Of a stretch of DNA of 64,000 nucleotides, positions 1 to 12,584 are shown piece by piece. Source of the stretch: Chrysomallon squamiferum (taxonomy: Eukaryota; Animalia; Mollusca); contig CM022665.1 of the NCBI GenBank assembly GCA_012295275.1, positions 30,256,001 to 30,320,000 on the forward strand, in the 5' to 3' direction. The notes beneath the pieces were generated by a model that was not told the origin of the DNA, did not search any database, and was given only the letters and a program-made list of their open reading frames with translations. Every line of letters starts with the position of its first letter. Within the stretch, counting starts at the first letter, position 1. Made by a program: the position numbers and the translations under genes.

Positions 1-119
1 TTAAATAATGTTAAGCTCTCTTCAAAACTATGGATATAGTGCTAAATATTTCTTTAATAATGTACTGAGTATAAAAAATAGAGTTTTCCTAAGTAATAAT
101 ATATTACTGTATTTATATA

Positions 120-407
120 TTACAATTTTGTTTGGGAAGGAGGAAGAGAACTTTGGGTTAGTTTCTCATGAATCATGTTTGTCACTTTGTCAGACATGTC
201 TAGCACTTTGTTTGACAGGCTGTTAGCAAACTGGGTTAGTATTGGCTCAAACATCTCCATTGCTCTGGCCACAACCTTGTCATCATCCAAATGAGAGGTA
301 TTTGATGCTGTAGTGGATGCAGATGACATGCTGGAGAAAGCTTCATGTGTGCTGTGGAATGCTTTTTCTAACATCTTCGCCATGTCTTCCGAGTTTTCCT
401 CACATAC
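120..407 (-). CDS. MAPKBP1: exon 36, terminal coding exon (..[23 protein letters not shown])
   Basis: ttttag acceptor, TAA at 122-120; amphipathic helix consistent with the C-terminal loop-helix dimerisation domain. Confidence 0.88.
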   Translation of the reverse strand, partial: VCEENSEDMAKMLEKAFHSTHEAFSSMSSASTTASNTSHLDDDKVVARAMEMFEPILTQFANSLSNKVLDMSDKVTNMIHEKLTQSSLPPSQTKL

Positions 408-1307
408 CTAAAACAAGACAACAACAAAACATAAATTTTGCTTATACATCAGAATGGGTTCAGATGTTAGTGATGTTTTAATATCAGTTCTCTTCTGACT
501 GACAAACTCGAGGTTCAACCTAATTTCATGTCAATGAAGAGTTCATTTTGCTGTGCTCAATTTTTAACTTATTTATTATGTGACTTTTTAAATGAAAATT
601 TATATTCTTCTATTTTCCTTTCTTTTTAACCCACAAATAATGATTTATATGAATTAACCATCACAATGGATTTAGGACAGCATATGTCTTTAAAAATAAA
701 ATCAAAAATCAAAAAATAAATCTTTGAAATATTACCAGAATGGATTTAGGACAGCAGAAATCTTTCTTTGTTGAAAACCCCCAAAAAAACATTTTTTTAG
801 TGTAGAAAGTATAAAAGGTTGTACCTTTTTGTAGAGAGCTCTCGACCGTAGGACAATCTCATCCAAATCATCAACAAGAACATTGCAAGACTGGAGATTG
901 TCTGAAAATAATAAATACACATTAAACTTAGATACTGACTTCTTAATGGAGATTTAGGAACTAATACTATAAAAAACTAATACCATCAAGTTGATCCAAT
1001 AAATTTGTTTTTAAATGATTTAAAATAGCTTTTGTAAATTAACAGTTCCCAAATAGATCTTTTCTATTAATAAAACAAAAGAATATAAATTACTCAAAAT
1101 AACTACATTTGTATTAGAAAACATTATTTTAATGGTGTATATTTATAATAAGTGTGTTAGGTTTAATGATTTGGACTGCTTCATTTGTGGCTAATACCAT
1201 TAGGCCTGGCTTTTTAATTATCACATTAACTTTCACATAGAATTTATTTTCTTGAATTTCTTTCTTTTGTGGGTTTTAATTTAAACAAAACAAAGAATAA
1301 ATAAATA

Positions 1308-1389
<82 letters not shown>

Positions 1390-4300
1390 AAATGTAATCA
1401 TTATTCTAACCTGTTTGGCTTAGAGGTAATGAAAGACTGGAGCGATCAGCAACGCTGGATGTGACTTTTTCAATTTGTGAACTGAAACAACATAAACTTT
1501 GTAAATGACGATAAAAAGTCCTACCCATGAATAAAATCAAATTCTTCTAAAAAGAATTACAGAAGACAAAATAAAAGGATTTAATATTTATCATTGTGTT
1601 TATCTAGGTACATATATATTTATCTTTAGATTTGGTTTAAAAATTCTTTTTGAAATATTTTAAATACAAAGTAAAGATGAAAATTAAATACATTTTTCAA
1701 AGTTAAAGATTTTAATTTTTTTTATATTTTTTATACCTGTTTTTATCTTGATGGTGTCCATTAACCAGTGACTGTTGGGTGTGATGAGATAAAGTTTTAC
1801 TTGAACGTTTGATTTCAGAGTCTGTGTCAATCTCCGAGCCAAGTCCAGTGTCAGACTGACTCCGAGGACTGTTTTTAACATCACTCAGTCTGTGCGCACT
1901 GGAATTGGGAGAAGCTGTATCAGATTTTGTATTTAACCTGTGAACTGTGGGTGAAGCAGGACTCTCTGTGAGGTCCTCAGCACTTGTGTTTAGAGACATA
2001 AATCTAGCAACACGGTCACGAATACTGGGCAATGGATAGTCTGAGTCCTCATTGTCCATCTCAGACGTCAAAGTGCTGTCCATGTCTTCACTGGTGTCAG
2101 CTTTTTGTCTTTCTGTCAAACCAGGTTCATTTTCATTATCACAGAACTGTTTCTTTGCATAGTAACCAGGTACATTCTGCTTCACTGGATGATCACGTTC
2201 AGGAAGATCAGAAGGACTTGCTTCCTTTCTTTTGGACTCGAGTTGTTTCTGGTTTCTCAGTTCAGTGGCTGTTTGGTCTATAGCCTCAGCCATTGCCAGC
2301 ATGCCCACACTAGGGTAGGGATGTTCTGAATTGAACACATCAGAGGATGTGGAAGAGCCTTGTGAATCAGCAGGAGACAATGCCTCAGGAACAACAGTGA
2401 CATCTGAACAGTTGCGACTTGTCCTGTTACTTCCAGAACCTTGTGAGCTCCCTGAAATAATAAAGTTGTCTTGTGAAAGTAATCACTATAGAGAAAATAG
2501 TCAACAGTCAATTAGAACTGCATATGCACCTGCTTTATATAAATATGAACATATTATTATGAGGGAAAAAAGCCAAATGGAAATATAGTTATTATTATTC
2601 TATTTTGTTTATAATTTAAACTTTGCAGTAATAATCTACTATGATTCACATATTAATTTGAAAAAAAACATGATTCCACCATGTCTTAACATTACTTACC
2701 TCCACTGGACTTACTAAGAATTCCAGACCGCCCCATAAGAATGTCTTTAGCCTGGGACAGTGTCAGTTCAGTAGTAGACCTTCTTTTAGACTGCACTGCA
2801 CTTTTCATCAAACGACCAACACTGGAAGGTGGTGGCATACGTTTTACATCTGCTTTGCCACCCAGAACATTTACTGATTTGTTACCAGGCTTTGTCCATG
2901 AAACAGAATTTTTTTCCTGGGTAGACCTTCCAAATGAATTTTTCCTTTGTCCATACTCTGATGCTCTAGTCGGTGGCTCAGATAATCTGATAGCTTTCTT
3001 CTTCTCTACACTAGACTTCCTAGAAAGAGAGGATTCTTTGCTTTTTCTGTATAGGTGAACCTTTTGTCTTTTATCATCTGAACTGCCATCAGTTGATGAA
3101 CTGGTACCATCATTCAAGTCATTGATGTCTGGCACACTTCGAGACAGATCAACTAGTGATTTCAAATTGGCTGGTGTTTCATGTACTTCTTCCTCTTCCT
3201 CTGTGCAAGCAGCCAGGTTTGGAGTTGATGCATACATGGCTATTTTTGAGGCAGACAGTCTTTTTTTGCCTTTTTTCCTAGGCGATTCTTGCTTCACACA
3301 TGTTTTAGATTCCATTACTGGGTTTAAATTTGACAGTGATGAAGTCTTGCTAATACTGGCACCATCAGAGTTGCCGCTGCCATTTGCACTCTGGTCTGAC
3401 AGAGGCAGAGATGATGATGATGATGATCTTGATATTTTAGCCTTTGAGCTGTTGGTTGGTCTCATATAGGAAGCTTGCTTTGTGCCTTCTCTCGTGGATT
3501 TAATATCAAGTTTGCCTCCTGAATCTGAGCGACGCAGGTTAAAACCTGAATGAAGTCGAGACTTGTGTTCTTCACTTGGGCTCTTATCTTGTTCCCAGGC
3601 ATTATCAACTGCAGAAACAAATCCATTGTAGTACATGCGACAATAACACTTATTTTTTGCATCCTTAAGCTTAATATTTCAATTTAAAATCTGGATTCAC
3701 AAGACATTTATATAGTGTAATAATCCTAGAACATGATCTTTTTTGTTTGTTGTAGAAATATAGAGAGCAAATACTTTTGTGGAGAATTTAACAATTAATT
3801 TTGTTGGTTTTATAATATGTAATACAGATCTAATATGTGGATGAAACTACAAATATGGACCTGTAAATTAAACAAACTGACTGAAAGGAATAAACTAAAA
3901 TTGTATTAATTTAAAAATAATTATTATTACTTAAAACATGTTACATATAAACAGAACTTTCCATGAAAAATAAATGATGTATGAAAAGATTTATGTGCAA
4001 ACCACACTGCATCAAACATTATTTTTTTTTTTTAACATATTAGTATGACATTCATGCAAAAATATTTACACATGTGTAATTTAGTTAGTTACTTTATTTA
4101 TTTTTATTATTATAATTTTCAGTAACAGAAGTGAACCAGATATTTAAAGAAATTAAAAAAACAAACAAAAAAACCAAACTATATTTTACTATGACAAAAA
4201 CACACAAAATAGTGATGTTTGTGAATCAAAAATTAATGTTGTCCTGTTCATCTGCTCTTCAAAAAAATGAACAAAACACTTCAAATATTAATTTTACATT

Positions 4301-5550
4301 TCAAACACAGGTTATAGATTATTTGGTTTAACAATATAGTATAACAGAAATCAGCAAAAAAGTTATTAAAGAAATTTCATTAGTAAACAGAAGACCAAAT
4401 CATCAGATAAAGACATGGTGGAATCACATTTTAACAAAAGGTAAATTCTACATACATTATAATGTGATACTGTCAGTAAGTAATTATTTAATATAGATAA
4501 CATGATAACTGAAACAAGGACTTTTTGTTTTCATTTATTATTTTTTTTTTTTTTCATAACAAGGTTTTTCAATATGCTAAATTAGATTGCAAATATTTTT
4601 GTTTTATTTAAAAATGACATAAAAAGAAAAAGACAAGGACTGAAAGTGAAGGATATTTTACATCATCTCTTAATTTTTACATGATCTGTTAATTTAATAG
4701 CATGAACAATGATCACATGTACTAGAAGCCAGTGAATTGTGAATTTGAAAACCCCCAACAAATACCTTTACTTTGTAACTAAAAGCAAAGGTTAATAGTA
4801 GCAAGTACAGTATATAACTCTCATGCATTATACAATATGTGCAAACTGTTAATATATTATTAAAGTTACTTCACAAAAATATAAACATTCATTTTTGAGT
4901 ATCTTTATTATTTATTTATTTTCTCTTTTTCAGTACTTGCAATAAAACAGGCTATTTCTCACATTAATATTGGAGATTTGTTTTCTTTTTAATACTTCTA
5001 ATTATTAAAAAAAAAGAGAAAAAAAAAAAAAGATGGGCAGTATTTTGGAAAGCCTTAATCTTGTTTTTTGTTTTTTTAAACACAGACATTTTAAAACATT
5101 TAATATGAAAATGTAAGTGTAGCACAAAACCGCACTGAAAATGACACAACAATGTGACTTCACACTACATGCGGAAATGACGAGAGAGTTACCCCTCCTG
5201 GGTGAAAGACAGCCTCTGCGCCGAGTGCGAGGACTCGACAGGGAGGGGATGCGACACTCGCTAGTGGGTGTCGACGGAGAGGAGAGTTGTTTTTGCAATG
5301 TCTTAGACAAAGTAATTCGAGGCAGTGAGACACACTGCTCTTCTACGATTGGCTGTTTTGGGAGAGGAAGATTGGCCCAAAATCGTCTCAGAGTTTTAGG
5401 CGAAGCTGAGCCACAGGGGCCTGGCAATGTTAACAAAATTAAATTCGTAACAAGGTTAAGAATACATTTTGAAAAGTTTTAAAATAATGATTTTGTCTAT
5501 TTAATTATTTCTGGTTTTTTTAATTATTATTACTATTATTATTATTATTA

Positions 5551-5584
<34 letters not shown>

Positions 5585-7929
5585 TTTTTTTTTTTTTTTT
5601 AACATTAGGATAGAAAATATAAGATAGGATTTGAATGTAATATCAGTGCATTTTCAGTGTTACAAATGCCATTATCTGCTTATGCAAAATAATTAGGCTA
5701 TTTTTTCAGTCAGATTTCCTTAAAACAAATATTGAAAATATGATTACATAGAGCTAAAATATAAAGTGATCATTTTACCACTGCATTCACAATAACGAAA
5801 AACAATCTTCTCATTAAAAAGGATATCTAGCTTATGTCAATTTTTTTTTTTTTTTAAATTTTCAAATAAAAATGTATTAAATTAATTAATTTATTATTCT
5901 AAAATACTAATTAATAAAAGAGATATTTACTTACAGCTTTTAAAAATGAGCTTGAGAAATGTTTCTTATTTTCTATAAAAATTAATCACTTGCATAACCT
6001 AAGAAGGGGTCATTATAATTCTTTTAAGTTTTTACTTCTACTGACACCAAATGATTTAACAACAGAGATCTAGCAAATGTTAATTTGTTTTTTAAGCACA
6101 TATTTGCATGTCTGGAAAAATTATAATAATAAAAAAGAAAGATAAAGAAAGCAAAGAATAAAAAGTATGTATTATTTATTTATTAAAGAAGTGAAAAAAT
6201 GCAATTTCATTCTTAAAATTATCTTATGCTATGTTTTTATTTACTTTATTTTTAATATTTATTTATTTATTTATTAATTTTTTACTTTTTTTTTTTTTAA
6301 ATTTTCGGTTATCTTGTATTCAAAACTTCATTACATCTTGCAAGGAAAAATAAAATTTGTAAACTACTTACTGACAAGTGGAGGCTTAGGAACAGTCAGC
6401 TTTTCTTCTGGTTTGGAAAATAATGATTTCTGAAAAGAAAATAATTTTAAAATGTCTAAAATAATCAATTTAATTTATACTGTACAAAACATTAAAGTTC
6501 AGATTTTTAATATAAATTTTTGAATTTAAAAATAATAATAATAAAAACTGTAGTCAAAGTAAAAAATCAACTTAATATAAACTGTCTTGTTATTTTGCAT
6601 CTGTACTTTAAAATACTGTTGTGTATAATGTAGAGTGGAACATACAGCAACATCAAGCTTGATGGGTGGTGATGGTGGCCCTTCATTTGTTTGATCTCCA
6701 TCAGTATCAGAATGCCATCCCATCTGTAACATTATTAAATTCAGTGATTAAATAATAAAATAGAAATTAACATAACAGTTGTTAAAAAAAATATTATCTT
6801 TAGTTAAACTTCAACTGAAAATGGCTGGTGTTTTGAAAAAAAAAAAAACAAACAAATGTAGTTTAAAATAATGTTCATAAAAACAGAGGTATTTTTTAAT
6901 TATTATTATTATTTTTTAAAATGCTGTTTATTTTTTTCAATTTTCAACAAGGTAATAGATAAATATCAACAAACATATCAAGCAGTTTTCACATTTGATG
7001 GACTGTTGCAGTAATTTCATTAGAAAAGTTTAATATCTATGAGAGAAACAAACATTACTAGGTATGTACTTTAGTACCAAAAAAAAGACCAAATATTTTT
7101 GTGCACTCAGTTATTACAACATATATTCTGTATCAGAAATTCAATAAAATCTGACATCTACCAATGTTTACATGATAAACCAGTGATAACTACATTATCA
7201 GAAATTCATTACATCTAACATATAGCAATGTTTGCATGATAAACAGTGATAACTAAACTACATTATCAGAAATTCATTACATCTAACATATAGCAATGTT
7301 TGCATGATAAACAGTGATAACTAAACTACATTATCAGAAATTCATTACATCTAACATATAGCAATGTTTGCATGATAAACAGTGATAACTAAACTACATT
7401 ATCAGAAATTCATTAAATCTAACATAGCAACATTTGCATGATAAAACAGTGATAACTAAACAAGTTATGTGATCTTTTCTAGTACTTTACAGTGCACAAC
7501 AAACACTGAAACTGTTTCAATACTGTATCAAGTGCAATGAAGAACAAATAAACAGTAGGAATTGTTAGTCTTTAAAACTGTGAAACATGTCAGTGACAAA
7601 CAAGGATTTTACTAACATTTTAAAGTAAATTCTATTAGTAAGATAATGAAGTTAATTTTTTTTATACATTAAATAAATATAGTAAACAGTACACACACAC
7701 ACACACACACACACAGTTTAAAAAGTACATTAGCATTTGTATTTGGCTTTTGAAGTTTTTATGGTCTGATCAGTTTGGAAATAAAAGTATGAACCATGGA
7801 ATAACAAAAATCCATTTAAAAACTGTCTAAACTAATTTTCAGTGTGATACAAAATGCATTTTTTTTAGGTTTTTTTAAAAATCAATTCAATAACGATACA
7901 AGTTTATTTTACACATTCATAGCAACACA

Positions 7930-7975
<46 letters not shown>

Positions 7976-10900
7976 ACACACATACAGACACATACACACA
8001 CACATACTCACTCCTGCCCAAATAATCATAGTTCTCTAAATATGTGTATTAACTGATAATACAAGGCTCTTAAATATTACTTTTTTCTTTAGTTTTGTAT
8101 ATAGTAGTATATTATTACATATATAGTTAAAAAAAAACGTTGTTAAGTATTTATTAAATTAAGACTAAGCATACTAAGCTAGAACTACCAAGTTAAGTAC
8201 ACAATCAACTCACAGCTTGAAGTCTCCTCCTTGTTTCATCAACAGCTCGTGCCATTTCACTTTTACTCTTTTGGAGAGGCTGCAAGAGGGGGTGAGGGAA
8301 AAATACACAGTGCATCAAACAACAAACACGGTGCCATTGTGCTTTTCATAAAACTGACTGTACAACATGCTTCTAAAACATTCTTACTTACAATAAAAAT
8401 AACATTTTACAATAGAAATAAATGTTTGTATGTCAGTCCATGCAACACTATTATCAGTTTTTTTTAAACATAATCAATAATAATGAAATACTATTCATTA
8501 ATTAAGTATATTTATAACAGTGAAAAAACACCTATTCAGATTTGTTCAGTAAGTTGTACGTCATACTAAAGCATAAGCAGGATACCTGGATGAGCAATTG
8601 ATTATTTATGGAATAGGTTACTGGGATATATATTATTAGTGTTGGAAATAGGAACATCCGAATTACTGGTACAATTGTGGTGACTGGCCAAATATCAATG
8701 GAATCTCTTCTTTCTACTAATCAGCGATCTTATTATAGACATGGTTCTTTTAATTCCTGGAAATTTAAAATCTCACTTGTGATTTTCATTCTATCAGCAA
8801 CATATAACACTGATATTTTGGTATTGAACACATCTGGGCTAGCAACATTTAAGACTTGCCAGCCCTGGTGTCTGATGATTTTTTTTTTTTTTTGAAGGAA
8901 TTTCCAACACTGATATTATTTTATTCAATAAATCTGAAAATCTTTCTTTAAATAAGTGGATATTCAGGGCTTTTGAAATGAAATATAAACCATACATTAA
9001 TTCAGTTTTTATTTTATTTTATTTTTTTAATTTTATTTTTTCCTGATAATAAATATTTTCCAATAATCAAACAGTGTGGGTACATTTAAGTGATCACTAT
9101 TTTTATTTCCACTAACAGTATGTAAAACAGATTTAAATGCAGTATATGGGAATTTTATTACCACCACCAATAAAACAAAAATATGAACTGTTTCATCTAC
9201 TGAAGGTAAAATTTAAATTTAGCTTCACTAAGAATGCTCCACTCTTTTAAAATCAAAACAAAATTGATAAAAATAATAAAGGACAATACCATGTTTCATA
9301 TTTTACAACTTAACGCTATATCATGCAACTGCAGAAGAAGAATGTTTCAAAGAAAAGATGGGTTTTAAAAAATTAGCAAATAATACTGTAAGACCATATA
9401 AATGATAAAAATAAGGAGGCTTTTTTTCCCCTTCATCAAAAATATTTTTTATAACAGGAATAAACTCACAAAAAGAAGTCCAAACTCAGGACAACTTGTA
9501 GCATATGGAAAAAACTGAGTAAAAAAAAATCTCTTAAAACATAAATCTTAGTAATTTGTTTGTAACTGAACTCACATAAATACAAATAAAATTAAATTAT
9601 ATAACCTTGATAATTCATCACACTATATGATTTCTTGGAGACAAGATTTCACACACACACATGCATGCACACATACACACACACATACACACACAGCTGA
9701 AGACTGACAAAATTTGTACTGTCTAAACATTGGTAAAAATAAGTCTACTCAATCACAGCTTAACATACATGTCTACTGAATCACTGCTAAAAATGTCTAC
9801 TCAGTCACTGCTAAAACTACCCACACAATCACTCTTCAGATACTGATAAAAATTAAGGTAATTCTCAACCTCACTAATACATTTTTAAACTATCAAAGTC
9901 AGATCAAGAATGTCTAGATGATAAGTAAATATATTAACATTGTTAGTGATGGTGATTCACATAGTAATAAACTCAACAAATTAACATGTTAGCAGTGGTG
10001 TAATATGTAGGGTTTGAAAACAATTTTTGTAAAAAACCAAAACATTTAACAGGTATGAACTTCAAAAACATTAACTAACCAAAATTAAACTAACTGAAAT
10101 AAATTTATTGTAGTTAATACTCACATTAAACCAGTGATCTTGTCTTTGACCAGTACTATAAATATTTCTGTAAATTAAACAATATAGAAATAAAATTATC
10201 TATATTCAAGATCAAAAAAATGTTAAAAATTTAAAAGATAATTTAAAAAAAAAATAACTGGCTTGATTATTCCATCAGAAACCCCCCCCAAATTTTTTTT
10301 AAGTAGAAATAGTTTACTTGCAAAATAAGTCAAAATTAACAGAATTTTGTGCACTGAAAACTAGAAAACAGTTTACTCAGCAATTTGCATTCTAACAATA
10401 TTGGTTGAAATGTTATTTCCAAACATTCACCATATATTACTGAATTCTTATTGATAAATGGACATTTTTAAATTACTTTTTTACTTCACTATCTCTTTTC
10501 TCTCATTAATTCAGCAACTCATTCACAGAAAAACATGTATGCATGCACAGACACTTTAAAAGATAAATTCATTGTGTAACTGTATTTTCCCTTGCAACAG
10601 ATGATGTATCTAGACACATAAATCACTTTTACTACCTCATATTGAGATGCTGTGCCCGTGACAAGAAGCGAGATGAAATACTCAGTCGGGATGCAAATGG
10701 AGATGCTATTGCAGCTTTTTCCTTCTCTGCTTCATCCAAGTGCATGTTAAACTTGTCCAGGGGCACTGGTGAAAAGCCAGGATTTTCAAAAATATCCTTC
10801 ACAAACTTCTCCTTAAAAAAATAAAATATAAAAAATTATAACAACTACAGTGATAACAATAATTCAAGAAAACAATTTGAAATAAAACAACCAGTAACAT

Positions 10901-12547
10901 CTCGATTTCAATTCATAGCCATTGTAGCAACATTTTGACTCTCTAAAATACAATTCTTAAGTGTATCCTTTACAAATTTAACACATAAATTTATATATTT
11001 GTCTTGTGTATGACATACATTTAAGAATAATCTCACACACACACACACACACACACGCATATGCACACACACATACACACACTATATTAGCACACAAACA
11101 TGTAAGCATCTGGAGTAATAAAAATTTTGAAATTTATAACTGAAATGGATTTTGATTTCAAAAGAAAATAAGAAAATACCTTGTCTGGAGTTCTGGACAG
11201 CAATTCTTTATCTGAGTCAGATGGTGTTCCAGGCAGAGAACTGCCTTGTGTTTCATCATTGTCATCTTCATCATCCAGGGAGACAGGCTCAGTGCTTTCA
11301 GAGTCTATAAAACAAGTTTAAATATTTTCTTAAAGGGACTTTCTGAGTATGATATTTCCAACATTAAAAACATAATTAATCTGAACTTGGATCCAATTCT
11401 GACATATGTATTTTAAACACATTTATGAATTAATGTAATAAAGAAAATTACCTAAAATAACAGACCACTGAACTTACCATCATCTAAGTTTGCTTCCTGG
11501 TACTTTTTGAAACTTGTTTTTTGAACACTGGATGGTTCATTTTTAGGCAGGTTAAACACTTGGTAAGAACTGGAAAAAAAAAAATAAATTCAGTATATGC
11601 ATTTATTAATTTTTCATATAAAGAAAAAACATAATCATCAATATATTAAGTAAATTAACAAAGTTATTAATTAAAATTTTAAATATTAGTAAATCATAAT
11701 AAAACTGAGATTTCTGAATCAGAATCTATTTTAAATTTTAACAACTGTAACAGGTTTTTAGTTTTAACCAGGTGTGGCATTATTCACAAATACTTCAAAT
11801 TTACAGAATAAAAACTAACATGAATTCTGTTTTGCATATTACATCTGCTATGTCAGTACCAAAATGATTGCTGTGGTTAGTACTAAAATGATTTCTGCTC
11901 ACCTTGCAAATGACTCTACAGAATCCACTTCACTAGGTGGGTAATAGATCACTTCAGGAGAGTCTGATCTTAGGTCAAGGTCATCTGACTCTGTGTCTTC
12001 GACACTCAAACGTCGATCTATTCCAAGGCCAAATCGACTATGCCATTTTGTGTCTGATCTGTTTGCTGCTGGAGAAGTTCGGCCAGGAACCTTTAGTGTA
12101 AAATTTTAACTTGCTAGAAATTTAAATTTTGTTTATTTATGAAGTATTATAATTAGATGCAAAAACAACATTAACCTCTCTGAATATTAAAATCATATTT
12201 GTTAAAAACATGTGCCAGTAGTTGAAATAAATAAAAAAATGTTTTGCTATGATGCACAAATTAATAAAAAAAATATATGGAATATTATATATGAAATTCA
12301 CCTAAATATTTAAATTTTACTGACAGCTGCAAAACATTTATTTTCACAATTCCAAAACTTACAGATATGTAACTGATTGATGGTAAATAATCTATAAACA
12401 AACACTGTCAAAACATGCTTATCTCTTGTTATGACAGATAATGATGGACAACAGATACTTCTGTTTACAGTGTCTCAAAGCAAGGATAAGCCATATAAAA
12501 TAAACATTCTGAATTGAATTTCAACACAAATATGTGTGCAAACATAT

Positions 12548-12584
<37 letters not shown>

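Noticed and set aside
2032-3469. Plus-strand ORFs 2032..2283, 2105..2329, 2331..2588, 2741..3058, 3122..3469
   Set aside because: Antisense shadows of large exons 32-33; no independent gene signals
5141-5482. 113-aa plus-strand ORF
   Set aside because: Antisense to GC-rich exon 31, where stops are naturally rare; no recognisable domain
7131-7461. CRISPR-like appearance of the regular repeat
   Set aside because: Head-to-tail units without unique spacers, no cas genes, eukaryotic intron
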